Position numbers and translations under genes: made by a program
Part shown: piece by piece, positions 43,784-53,681 of the stretch
Layout of the letters: each line of letters opens with the position of its first letter
Position numbering within the stretch: the first letter of the stretch is position 1
Assembly (NCBI GenBank): GCA_963706285.1
Contig: CAVPLU010000016.1
Coordinates: 1-64,000 of the forward strand
Reading direction: 5' to 3'
DNA: 64,000 bases
Source of the DNA: Candidatus Bathyarchaeota archaeon
GTDB lineage: Archaea; Thermoproteota; Bathyarchaeia; 40CM-2-53-6
The notes under the pieces: generated by a model
What the model was told of the DNA's origin: nothing
Databases searched by the model: none
What the model saw: only the letters and a program-made list of their open reading frames with translations

Positions 43784-46700
43784 CTACATGAAATCCGCCA
43801 AGGCTGGTTGCTTCTTCTCTTGGCTCTCGTCAGCTTCTTCGCGGAAGAGAGACTTCAGCTCTTCCTGAAGAAGGAGCAGCCGTTGACTGTTGTAGATTCC
43901 AAGGTCATATCGTCGAACAAGACCTCGGGCCAGGTCTAGGTACTTCTCGATGGTGCCCCTGTAGACGGTCATCGTAATCTTGCCTCCGCACTTCGGGCAG
44001 ACTCCTACTAGCGGAGGGCGGCGATACTTCGCATTGCATTTCATGCATCGCATGCGCTGCGTCGAGAAAGCTCTCAAATTGCCGATCAAGTCTCTCATTA
44101 GATGTGTCGAGAGTACTCGTCGCGCCACGTCCGCTGCAACGACCGCACGTATCTTCTCCGCGAGATTGAGCTGCGCGGACATCTTGTCGATCATGGTCGG
44201 TAGCTGGGTGTAGGCGCTCTCGTGGGTTCCGGTGTTTATGTCTCCTATCTCATGTGTGAAGCCGATCGGCTGGAGAATTCGGTCGCTTCCCAAGCGATGG
44301 ACGACGACTTCGATCAGGTCAGCGACTGCTTTTGGATCGGCGTTCTTTGATGCTTCATCGAAGAACCTTACCGGAAAGCTGTTCACGGCTTCAAGGTTGA
44401 ACGCTTGACGAGCAATCTCTGAGGGATTCATTACAACGGTTAGAAGCATCGGCGCATCCATGATGCCTCCAATCCGGGATGGTAGAAACGACCTTGAGAA
44501 GTTTATCAGAACATCCAACGCCAGCGTGACAGAGTCTTCGTCGCCGTCGCAATCTCGTCGTTTCGATGCATGCCAGAACGGATGGGCGAAGCATACTCTG
44601 GCCTTGGTGAAGCCAATGATTCTGCCGATTATACCTACGGATGTGTGAGGCGAGAGCCCAACTACAAGATGTCCAACCAGATCGTCACGACTCTTCATGT
44701 TGTAGAAAGATGGGAGATCGTAGAATCGTGTCAACAGATTGTCGACAAAATCTGCGACTCTCACGAGGTAGTCTCCGCACGAATCGTTTACGATAATATC
44801 TTGTGATTCTATCGGAATGACTTGATTGGCGTTCTCAAGCGGATTTCCATCAGCGTCTGTATCATAGCCCAGTTTGCGAAGCGTCTCGACGGTGACGCCA
44901 ATCTCGGCTGGTCGGAAGTGAGTCAGAGGAGCGTTTGTCGCATCAAACCTGACGGTGCCGTCCTTGAACATGGAGAGGTCGTACCTTGCGCGAAGGATGC
45001 CCTTCTCTAGCGGTTCTGGGCACCTGGAGCCGCTCATCAGACTCTTCACGCCCTTCACGACCTCAGGCTCCTCTCCCAAACGCAGTTTCTTCGAAGCGGC
45101 AGACCAGATCTCGCTCACTGCGATGGCTGTTCTCTCATATGGACGCGCGTTAATCTTGCATGCGGGGCAGAGTTCTTGCGAGAGTGTCCTCCCACATTTC
45201 GGACATATCATCTCGACCTCTGTTCTGCTCGCGCATTTTGGACAGAGAGTCTTGTAGGTGATAATTCCACAAGTTTTGCAGCTGCGTCTGATCAGCTCTG
45301 CCTCTACGATACTGCCTGACTTTGCCGCTTCCACAATGTTACGTCTTGCTCCGCCCGCAAGTCCTACGGGAAACAGGCAATGTGTGACTGGACGCATCTC
45401 TCTTCTCTTAGCCTTCTCAGGTCTGCCCATCCTTGCCCCTATGAACGTCCCACCTCGAGTTAGGATGGGAAATCCTGCAACTATTCCTGCAGCTTCCAAG
45501 CCGTGATTTCCCACATGGTCAGGCATCGGTTTGCCCACGCCTAGACATGCTGCGAGCACGATTGCGTCCTCGCCAAAACAGATGCTGCCATCTTGGACTT
45601 TGTGAGGAATGCACAATGTTTCAAGGAGGGCTTTGATCTTCGGTTCGTTTGGAGCTACGACTGCACTCTCTGGGTCAACCAGACGAGGACCGAGCCTCTC
45701 CCTAAGGTAAGTCCAATCTTCGGCAGAAAGTCTCTCCCAGAACCAGGTATAGCGTGGATGAAGAGGCACCCCGAGCCTCTGAGAGACCATCAAGCACTCT
45801 TGAGGGGATGGAAACGATCGTAGAGGCTCCTCCATGAGCAACTTCAACCGAGCTTGGGCTATACCGCAGGCATGCTCGACCTCCGACAGCGACTGAAAGT
45901 CCAGCTCGGTTCGGTTCTTGAGTAGCTGCGCCCACCATTCTTCTGTGAATCCTGGAGATGCAAGGGGTCTATTGTTCTCAAGGAATTCCCCGTAGGAGAT
46001 GAGCAAATCTCCGACGAAAAGCACTGACTGGATGGATTTCTGCAATTGTCTTGCTTGGTCGGCGCTGTCGAGCCTGACCACTGAACCGTCGCTCAGCTTG
46101 ACTATGGGAGGCTCTATGGTGTCAACTGGCGTGACGATGCCAGCTTTCCCTGGTCTTTCGATTCTCAGCTGTGTTCCGATCGCTGGGAAGTCGTCCAGGG
46201 CCACCATTGTCGAAGGATGGATTCCAATCGCCGCCATGCCTGTGGCACGTGTTCGGCCATAGCGAAGCCTGAAGCCTCCCAGCGCCCCGGGAAAGGAGAA
46301 GATCGGCCGGCCAGCGACAACATCCTCCATGAACATCAACTCCTTTACCTCGTCAGCCTCTGGTGACGGCTGACGAAGATCACGCAGCCAATCCCATCCG
46401 GCGAGGTTCAATCTCTCGACGATCTTCACTACCTTCTGGCTGCGGCCTATGAGACCGTCATTGACGACTCGTAGTGCACCGCCTCTAACGCGGTTAGTCT
46501 CTATCCTAGGCACGTTTCTGTACGACGCGACTTCAACCTGGTCTGTCTCGACACCAGTGATTTCTACCGGCAGCTTCAGAATCGCATTGTACAGCTCGTC
46601 ATCAGGGATGTGATACTGGAACCGCGCGACCTCGCGTTCGTAGAGCCTGAGTTCTTCTACGAAACGTTTAGCCTCAATCTCAGTCGCTTTGTACTTCCCA

Positions 46701-47188
46701 AGCCCACAGATCTGGCGAACATATTCAGCCACGACGACTGTTAGGCCCATCTCGGTGCCGCCTGCGGATCTTATGGGACCCGCGAAGTAGAGTGCAAGAT
46801 ACTTGGTTTTGTCAGGATTACTCTTGATCTTGACTGTGTTGATTCCTTGAAGAGGAGCAGCTGTCACACCTTCGTCTAGGATCGCTGCAGCGGTACGTAT
46901 CGCCTGCTCCGTCGCACATTCGGCCTCTGTTGCGAAACCAGCGAGCGTTATCTCCTCTGCAATTTTGATTGCGACTTCCTCGCGTGGAATCATTGAGGAT
47001 AGTTCACGGATTCTTACCGCTATGCCAGGTGGGCCTACGGATTTCTCGACCCTTTCAGCGACATCCCTTGCGACCTTACATTCTGGTTCGAGCGAGGGAT
47101 CCAGTCCCTTCGAATGTGCGATCCCTGCTAGTTCATGGAGTTGATTGAACTGAGTCCGAAGACGGTCGCCGTTCGGACTCGTCAGCAA
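43784..47188 (-). CDS. polC: DNA polymerase D large subunit DP2
   Basis: AGPIRSAGGT, RMGRPEKA, KRRDCDGDED, GGIMDAP, C-terminal Zn finger. Confidence 0.97.
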   Translation of the reverse strand: MLTSPNGDRLRTQFNQLHELAGIAHSKGLDPSLEPECKVARDVAERVEKSVGPPGIAVRIRELSSMIPREEVAIKIAEEITLAGFATEAECATEQAIRTAAAILDEGVTAAPLQGINTVKIKSNPDKTKYLALYFAGPIRSAGGTEMGLTVVVAEYVRQICGLGKYKATEIEAKRFVEELRLYEREVARFQYHIPDDELYNAILKLPVEITGVETDQVEVASYRNVPRIETNRVRGGALRVVNDGLIGRSQKVVKIVERLNLAGWDWLRDLRQPSPEADEVKELMFMEDVVAGRPIFSFPGALGGFRLRYGRTRATGMAAIGIHPSTMVALDDFPAIGTQLRIERPGKAGIVTPVDTIEPPIVKLSDGSVVRLDSADQARQLQKSIQSVLFVGDLLISYGEFLENNRPLASPGFTEEWWAQLLKNRTELDFQSLSEVEHACGIAQARLKLLMEEPLRSFPSPQECLMVSQRLGVPLHPRYTWFWERLSAEDWTYLRERLGPRLVDPESAVVAPNEPKIKALLETLCIPHKVQDGSICFGEDAIVLAACLGVGKPMPDHVGNHGLEAAGIVAGFPILTRGGTFIGARMGRPEKAKRREMRPVTHCLFPVGLAGGARRNIVEAAKSGSIVEAELIRRSCKTCGIITYKTLCPKCASRTEVEMICPKCGRTLSQELCPACKINARPYERTAIAVSEIWSAASKKLRLGEEPEVVKGVKSLMSGSRCPEPLEKGILRARYDLSMFKDGTVRFDATNAPLTHFRPAEIGVTVETLRKLGYDTDADGNPLENANQVIPIESQDIIVNDSCGDYLVRVADFVDNLLTRFYDLPSFYNMKSRDDLVGHLVVGLSPHTSVGIIGRIIGFTKARVCFAHPFWHASKRRDCDGDEDSVTLALDVLINFSRSFLPSRIGGIMDAPMLLTVVMNPSEIARQAFNLEAVNSFPVRFFDEASKNADPKAVADLIEVVVHRLGSDRILQPIGFTHEIGDINTGTHESAYTQLPTMIDKMSAQLNLAEKIRAVVAADVARRVLSTHLMRDLIGNLRAFSTQRMRCMKCNAKYRRPPLVGVCPKCGGKITMTVYRGTIEKYLDLARGLVRRYDLGIYNSQRLLLLQEELKSLFREEADESQEKKQPALADFM

Positions 47189-47261
47189 GGGTTCCGGCCT
47201 TCAAGTAGGTGTCAAGATGGATCAGCGGATGTCCGGATTATTAGCTGGTCTGGTCAGCTTT

Positions 47262-47522
47262 TCACTTCTGGAGCCGGAGGCTTGAGGCTGTACCGGTTAG
47301 GTAGTACTTGTCAGTGAACTTGCAGTACACGTCGACCATCTGCGTGCCTCGAGGAACATCAAATTCGTCTTTCACCCCACATGCGGCACAGTGAATGGCT
47401 GCCATACCTGCGCTTTTTGGCAGGATGACCTTCATGGCATCTTCATTGCAGACCGGGCAAGTGAAGACTGTTGGCAGCTTCTTCTTGACGATCCTGATGA
47501 CACGTCTACGTCGACGACCCAT
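47262..47522 (-). CDS. elf1: Transcription elongation factor Elf1
   Basis: MGRRRR..FTCPVC..CAACG..VDVY. Confidence 0.9.
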   Translation of the reverse strand: MGRRRRRVIRIVKKKLPTVFTCPVCNEDAMKVILPKSAGMAAIHCAACGVKDEFDVPRGTQMVDVYCKFTDKYYLTGTASSLRLQK

Positions 47523-47667
47523 GCTAATCTCACTGTGACGCATGGGTGATGCGCCACTTATTTCAACGTTCCATGCGATCTTGGGAACCAGTCGAGCAAG
47601 GGTTATCAGAGCGGAGGAATGAGATTGCCGGGGATACGAAACTGTATCTCCTAGAGAGGTCCCTAAA

Positions 47668-48153
47668 ATGACCGCGGAACAAGCTCAATTACCCATCGAC
47701 TGGTCTCTCGCCACGCTCAAGGATGATAGACTTGCGAAGATACTGCTGCGGAACAGCCATCTCACACAAGTTCAATTCGCCACTTTGATCATTGATGCCC
47801 TATGGCCAACAACTCAATCAGCGCATGAGAATGAGAAGTCTAGGTCGAGTCGGCGTAAGGTAAGCAAGGGCGCATTCAACAGATCCCTGGCTCAGGCTCG
47901 CGGAAACGTCATCAAGTCCATCTACACGGTCTTCCTACTCTCCTATTTCGGCCTGTTTGATAGCCCTAAATTGGAACCTTTTCTGCGGTTAGGCGATGAA
48001 ATGAAAACTTTCCTTGACGCCAAGCAAGAAACGGGGGTTAAAGGCGAAGCTGCAGCCCTTGACGCCATGAAAACACTGGAAGATGCGTTGGAAAGCTCCA
48101 TCAGCGACCTCGCGAGGATGAATTCCTTCAAGCGTCAGCGAGATCTCACGTGA
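47668..48153 (+). CDS. Hypothetical protein with an HTH-like segment
   Basis: LLRNSHLTQVQ, VSKGAFNRSLAQARGNV. Confidence 0.7.
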   Translation: MTAEQAQLPIDWSLATLKDDRLAKILLRNSHLTQVQFATLIIDALWPTTQSAHENEKSRSSRRKVSKGAFNRSLAQARGNVIKSIYTVFLLSYFGLFDSPKLEPFLRLGDEMKTFLDAKQETGVKGEAAALDAMKTLEDALESSISDLARMNSFKRQRDLT

Positions 48154-48433
48154 CATCTGCCAGACGCGCATTGAAGCCAAGGCCGGCAGATCACAGTCAC
48201 GCTTGAAGAATGATGCGGTGTGATATCACACGGGTCACAGTCATGTGATCCACAACTCCTACCTTAGCACGAACCTATCTCCTGAAGGCAATTACGCAGA
48301 AATTGAGCGTAAATGGGAGGGCTAGATCACGCGACTCTCTCTCGAATGGGAACTCCTAGGAAAGACATGTTCGACCCGCGATCACGGCTGAGATCACGAT
48401 CGTGACGTGTGTGACGCGTCACAGCCAAATCAC
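48146..48433. repeat. Array of TCAC/GTGA half-sites and palindromes
   Basis: 15 half-sites counted by hand; palindromes TCACGTGA, GTGTGATATCACAC, TCACGATCGTGA, TGTGACGCGTCACA. Confidence 0.8.
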
Positions 48434-48520
48434 AAGGGTCAAAGACTGTGGAATTGACAAAGTCGCAGTATTCAAGACATAAAAGCCTAAGAGGGGAATT
48501 GTCAGGCGGCATGGATTACC

Positions 48521-49225
48521 TTGGATTATTTCTGGCTGTTCGCACCCATTTCGGCGGTTTTCGGAGCTCTACTGACTGGAGTTGTGCTTCGAAGGCTTGA
48601 CATTTCTCGAATGAGCTACCGCGAAGCGAAGCAGATGCTGTCAGCGATCGTTGGTTCGCTGTCGAATCGGATCGAGCAGAATGAAGCACTCACGAAAGAA
48701 TTGTCAGAGCAGCTCGAGATCCTGTCGGCAAACCATGCACGCGTTAGTGTCGAAGGACAAACCGCTGACAAAGAACGACTTCTCATCTTCATGCAGGACT
48801 GGATGGGGAACCTGAAGCGGTTCATTGAGAAAGTGGATGGACTTCAGAAGAGCCTCAAGAGCGCTGAACATGAAATTCAGGAGATGCGAGTTCGCGTCGA
48901 ACAGTTGAGCGGTGCTCGCGCCCAAAGCTCAATCCCTTCAGAAGCACCAGTGGGTGTTGTGACAAAAGAGACGCTTACGAGGCTCTCGCCGACCGAGAAA
49001 ACTGTGTTGGAGCTTCTGATAGGTGGCCCAAAGGCAGCTCCTGAGATTGGGCGACTTGTAGGGAAATCACGTGAGCACACAGCCCGAATGATGAAGTCGC
49101 TCTTCGAACAGGGTTTCGTCGAGAGAGAAGCAAACCGTCAACCATACCAGTACCGTATCAACGACAAAGTTGGAGAGGTACTAGGACGCCCTTCTCAAGC
49201 AGAGGCTATTCAACGCGAAGGCTAG
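48521..49225 (+). CDS. Membrane-anchored coiled-coil protein with a C-terminal winged helix
   Basis: N-terminal TM, heptad-rich middle, LSPTEKTVL..SREHTARMMKSLFEQGFVER. Confidence 0.8.
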   Translation: MDYFWLFAPISAVFGALLTGVVLRRLDISRMSYREAKQMLSAIVGSLSNRIEQNEALTKELSEQLEILSANHARVSVEGQTADKERLLIFMQDWMGNLKRFIEKVDGLQKSLKSAEHEIQEMRVRVEQLSGARAQSSIPSEAPVGVVTKETLTRLSPTEKTVLELLIGGPKAAPEIGRLVGKSREHTARMMKSLFEQGFVEREANRQPYQYRINDKVGEVLGRPSQAEAIQREG

Positions 49226-49617
49226 GCGTGCGCTGAGCGAGAGCAGTAGCGCCAACTACCGGGAGAACCGGAACGGTATAGGAGACCTCTGTCGACAAGC
49301 CTTGAAAGGTAGGTCGCAACCGTCGTCAGGGGAATTGGTTCGGCATACAATTGCTGGTACAATGTCCTGACTTCATGCGAAGAAAATGTGGCTTCCCGAA
49401 GCCTGTGAACTACGAGATCTCGAACGCGCTCCAGTTTGGTACGCGCGTATTGGGATGGATCCTGGGTTGCTGATTGTGAGGAAACGCCGCCCATGAGCTC
49501 CGTGTAGTCGAGGATTCTCGCAATCTTCTCTCGAGTAAGAGGGCCCTCGAGAGAAACGGTATGCCGGCAGCCTGAATCGTCATAGAACTCAATTCTAAGA
49601 CGTTTGACTGCCAACAC
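49222..49617 (-). CDS. Winged-helix protein adjacent to oriC
   Basis: FSSHEV..IPLTTVATYLSRLVDRGLL..WRY. Confidence 0.75.
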   Translation of the reverse strand: MLAVKRLRIEFYDDSGCRHTVSLEGPLTREKIARILDYTELMGGVSSQSATQDPSQYARTKLERVRDLVVHRLREATFSSHEVRTLYQQLYAEPIPLTTVATYLSRLVDRGLLYRSGSPGSWRYCSRSAHA

Positions 49618-49689
49618 GCGACACTCTCACGAGTCTGTGTGAACGACGTGTAGATAAAGGGATTATGTGTGACATGACTGTTACTCCTT

Positions 49690-50180
49690 GGTCAGTTCCA
49701 ATGGAAAAATGAAGTATTCCAGCGGAAACGGAGGGGTGTGTCCTAGTTCACTTAATGTGAACCTATTTCTTGCCTGAAAACTTCCACAAAGCCCAGACCT
49801 GGTTGAGATATGATTATGATTACACATGATGACAGTTGAATGTGAAGTGTCCCTAACCCCTGCCTTTCCAGTGGAGTTCGTTTTGACATTTCACGGTCTG
49901 AAAAAGAGTCTTAGTGTTACTACTACAATAATTAGCATAACCTTCCTTATCCTAAAACTCTCGCTAATATACACAGGATTTTTTTCTCAACACTACACTT
50001 CACTTCTTTAGGAATACGTTTCTCCAGGGGAAGTGCACGGGTGCCGGGGAGGTAATGCTCAACTCCATACAAATCAATATGATTCAGGTTTCACGATTTT
50101 TTTGTTGCAACTAGTCTTACTTCTTCGACAATGATGATTATTATGAGTTCAAGTAGAAAGACGGGGATTACCAGTGGAGA
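49690..50180. other. Replication origin oriC with inverted ORB elements
   Basis: TTCCAGCGGAAACGGAGGGGT (49717-49737, +) and CTCCACTGGAAAGGCAGGGGT (49876-49856, -); mini-ORBs near 49696, 50022 and 50170; AT-rich tracts; directly upstream of cdc6. Confidence 0.88.
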
Positions 50181-50186
50181 TGCCTA

Positions 50187-51452
50187 ATGGAGAAGCCTAG
50201 TATGAAATCAGCAGACGTTCTTGAAGGCATCTTTGAGAACTTCCTCACTGGACCACAACTGTTCATTAATCGAGAAGTTCTGAGAAACGACTACATCCCC
50301 AGCACGCTACCTCACCGTGCAGAACACATTCAGAGACTAGGCGGTATACTCGCGCCGGCCCTGAGTGGTTCCAAGATATCCAACCTTTTCGTGTATGGGA
50401 AGACTGGAACCGGGAAAACCATAGTAGCAAAATTCGTGTTAGAGAGACTGAAGAAGAAGGCCGAGGATGTCGGCACACCTGTTCGAATCTCATACGTCAA
50501 CTGTCGCATGGCAGGAAGCAACTATCGAGTGCTCGCTGATCTCTGTCGCTGCGTCGGAGTTGAGATTCCCTTCACAGGCCTGGCATTAGGTGAAGTTCTG
50601 GATAGATTCAGGACCGGCCTAAACGCCGACAAAACCCCTCTCATAGTTGTCTTAGATGAAATAGACGCCCTCGTCAAGGGTCGTCAAGACGACTCCCTGC
50701 TCTATGAATTGACCAGAATCAATGAAGAGCTTGGCCAAAGCTGGATTGGAATAGTCGGCGTCTCCAACGATCTCCACTTCAAAGAGTTCCTCGACCCTCG
50801 AGTGCTGAGTTCTCTAAGCGAAGAAGAGGTCGTCTTCAGGCCCTATCTCGCAAACGAACTCTACGACATTCTCCTCGACAGAGCCAAACTAGCGTTTGCT
50901 GATGGAATCCTATCGGAACCCCCCCTCCGACTCTGTGCAGGGCTCGCAGCCGGCGAACACGGCGACGCCAGAAGAGCACTCGACCTATTACGAGTGGCAG
51001 GAGAGCTTGCGGAACGCGAAGGCGCACGCACGATCCAGGAGGACCATGTCAAACGTGCGCAACACAAGATTGAACACGACAGAGTCGCCGAAGTGCTGAA
51101 GTCACTTCCTGTACATTCAAAGGTCGTGTTGGTCTGCGCGTATCTGGCCACTAATCAGGCGCCAGAAGGCGTGATCACAGGCGACATCTACGAGGTCTAT
51201 CATGAGCTGTGCTCAGCGGCAGGGTTGGATCCACTTACGCAACGGCGTGTGAGCGGCCTAGTGAACGAGCTTGATGTAATGGGAATTCTCAACGCAAGGG
51301 TCGTAAGCTTCGGCCGGTACGGTAGAACTAAGAAGATAAGACTCGGCGTCTCACCTAGAGTCATCGTTGAAACCTACTCGGAAGACACCCTCGTCGGACG
51401 ATTATTCAGCCACGTACCCAGATCTCTCCAGAAGCGCCCAGGAATCGCTTAG
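50187..51452 (+). CDS. cdc6: Orc1/Cdc6 replication initiator
   Basis: GKTGTGKT, VLDEID, GDARRALDLLR, C-terminal wH with GRYGRT. Confidence 0.96.
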   Translation: MEKPSMKSADVLEGIFENFLTGPQLFINREVLRNDYIPSTLPHRAEHIQRLGGILAPALSGSKISNLFVYGKTGTGKTIVAKFVLERLKKKAEDVGTPVRISYVNCRMAGSNYRVLADLCRCVGVEIPFTGLALGEVLDRFRTGLNADKTPLIVVLDEIDALVKGRQDDSLLYELTRINEELGQSWIGIVGVSNDLHFKEFLDPRVLSSLSEEEVVFRPYLANELYDILLDRAKLAFADGILSEPPLRLCAGLAAGEHGDARRALDLLRVAGELAEREGARTIQEDHVKRAQHKIEHDRVAEVLKSLPVHSKVVLVCAYLATNQAPEGVITGDIYEVYHELCSAAGLDPLTQRRVSGLVNELDVMGILNARVVSFGRYGRTKKIRLGVSPRVIVETYSEDTLVGRLFSHVPRSLQKRPGIA

Positions 51453-52023
51453 AGCTGTCGGCATAGACGACGGCCCATCAAAACGCAGTGGAACAACGAA
51501 GTCATCTACGTCTCACGCCTCGTTGGTCGCAGTCTGGTTTGACCAACTAAGATTCGACCAAATACGCATCGGAGTTCTGGAAGTTGATGGACTGGATTCA
51601 ACCAACGTAATCCTCAAGCTACTCAGGGGAACACGAACAGACATAATCTTTCTTTCAGGAATCACCTTCGCAGGATTCAACATCGTCGATTCTACCCGAC
51701 TTCACAATACGCTTCACATTCCGATTATCGTTGTCTGCCGAGAGAAGCCTGATAATCGCTCCGTCAAACGTGCGCTTCAGAAGCATTTCACAGACTGGGA
51801 GAAACGATGGGAGCTGGTGCGCAAGTTTGGGAGGATATACTCATTCGCGCCGAAACCGTCAGAGCAGCCTCTACATTTTGAAGCTGTTGGCATCTCAGCA
51901 GCCCATGCGAAGAAGGTCATCAGTGCCTACTGTGCCACGTCGAGGATTCCCGAACCTATCCGGGTTGCCGGCATCGTCGCAAAAGGACTAGCTCTAACCG
52001 GCGCGGAGCTAAACGCTCGATAG
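51367..52023 (+). CDS. DUF99 family (endonuclease V-like) protein; true start probably near 51440
   Basis: VGIDDG, VDGLDST, GITFAGFNIVD, IPEPIRVA. Confidence 0.85.
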   Translation: MKPTRKTPSSDDYSATYPDLSRSAQESLRAVGIDDGPSKRSGTTKSSTSHASLVAVWFDQLRFDQIRIGVLEVDGLDSTNVILKLLRGTRTDIIFLSGITFAGFNIVDSTRLHNTLHIPIIVVCREKPDNRSVKRALQKHFTDWEKRWELVRKFGRIYSFAPKPSEQPLHFEAVGISAAHAKKVISAYCATSRIPEPIRVAGIVAKGLALTGAELNAR

Positions 52024-53538
52024 ACATGAAGTCGGTGACGCTAAGCTTCAGCGTCTGAAGGTTCACTACCGGGAGCAGACCAGGCGTAGGCTTTAGGCCC
52101 ATTCGCTGCTGATATTCCGTCTGATGCTTGCCACGCACCCGAGTTCACAATGAGCGTCCCTCGATACTGCTCGTGACCAAAGACGTGAATATGTCCTGAA
52201 TGAAATACGTCGGGCGGATTCTCAATTATCAAATGATCCTCTGGCATTGGCGCGATAGATGTTCGGTTGCCGTACTCAGGAGCCAAATGTCTGCATCGAA
52301 GCTGAAGCTCCATCGCCCTCTCGGGTTTGTCGAAACTCATTCCAGGAGCGCTTGTCAACATGTCCTCAAGGCTTCGGCCGTGATGTACGAGGAAACGTAC
52401 TCCATGAAGCTCCACTTCGCATGGGTTCCCTAGCGACGTAACGTGTCGTGCCTCATAGACGGGTTCACCATACTCTCTCGAGATCGCGGGTTGGGGGAGC
52501 GCCTGTCTTACGCCGTCGTGATTGCCTGGACTGATAATGACTTCCATGTGTTCTGGTATCTGTTGGATGAATCGAGCAGCATACTTGTACTGCTCGTAGA
52601 TGTCTGGAATGGTTAGCTCGTCCTCTTGGCGAGGATAGACTCCTATTCCATCTACGAGATCTCCAGCGATGATGACGTACTTGGTTCGTTGAGCAACGTA
52701 GACTTGTTGAGGGTTTCCCACTTCGCCGTTAAGCCAACGAATTGCACGTTTGAAAGCGTCTTCCAGGAACTTGTTGCTACCAACATGAATGTCAGATAGG
52801 AGAACCGCGTAGACTTCTTCCTTTGCGCCTCGGGGCCTTCTCTCCGGGATATCTGGAAGCGTGACTCTCTGGGCGACGAGGAGACTCCGGCTGCTCTTCA
52901 CGGCTTCGATGCAGACAACTTGGTCGAGCGGAGCCGTTAGAGCCATCTCGTAGAGTTGACGGTCGCGGTCTGTTGGGACCAGAACCTGTGCCGTGTCTTC
53001 GAAATCGTCCACGCTTAGGAAGAGCTTGTTTCCTCGCTCACGCTTATCCATTATCATCCCAATGAACTTCACATGTGCGCTCTGCTGTGCGTTGAGAGCA
53101 TCGGATATCGTGCCTGCATCTCTGGCGTCGCTTCTTCGTTGAAGGATCTCACGCATCTTCACGAATCGGTCTCGGAAGTGCCGGTTGAAGTCGTCCATTG
53201 ATCCACCGAAGGTCGACATGCTGGAAGGGTCTTTCAACACCTTCAATTCGCTCTGGATCTGAGCCGCAACTGGGGCTCCGGCTCTGACGGGTTCGGAGAT
53301 TCGAATCGTCTCAGCCAGCGGGAGCATGTGATTGAGGACTAGTTCAACAACGGGGCGGTCAATCAGGTGTTGCTTAGGATGCTGCTTCTTTGCCGCCGCG
53401 ATCAATTCTTCAGCCAGTCTTATCTTGGTCGAGGCTGCCGGCCGAAGCCTGAATGAGGTCGAAGGCGTCCGTGCCAAATTGCCATCCTGCAGAGAGCACG
53501 CGCTCAACCACATGCCTGAAGCCTTCGTGGACCTGCAA
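51956..53538 (-). CDS. polB: DNA polymerase D small subunit DP1 (frameshifts near both ends)
   Basis: OB fold plus SDIHVGS, GDLVDG, PGNHD, HGRS, HLAP, GHIH. Confidence 0.93.
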
Positions 53539-53681
53539 CCGCGCTGCCTCTTAGCTGATAACTCAGAAGCCCTACTACACCTCTAGATCATGTCAGGGCG
53601 ATCTTAAGCGAAGTGGTGGCCTTCCATGATGGCTTCATTAATCTGGATGCTCGTGGAACGAGTCACTGGTGCTGAAGCCGC

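Noticed and set aside
49826-50011. 61-aa ORF in the cdc6 upstream region
   Set aside because: It overlaps an ORB and the AT-rich origin tract and has no protein-like features.
1-53538. Frameshifts in mre11, herA, trpB2, FrhB-like, aldolase, Ldh_2, rpa, AKR, lipB, moaA and DP1 as pseudogenes or programmed frameshifting
   Set aside because: They hit conserved housekeeping genes such as DP1 and rpa, leave motifs intact on both sides and share no evident slippery motif. Long-read indel error is the simpler explanation; read polishing would settle it.
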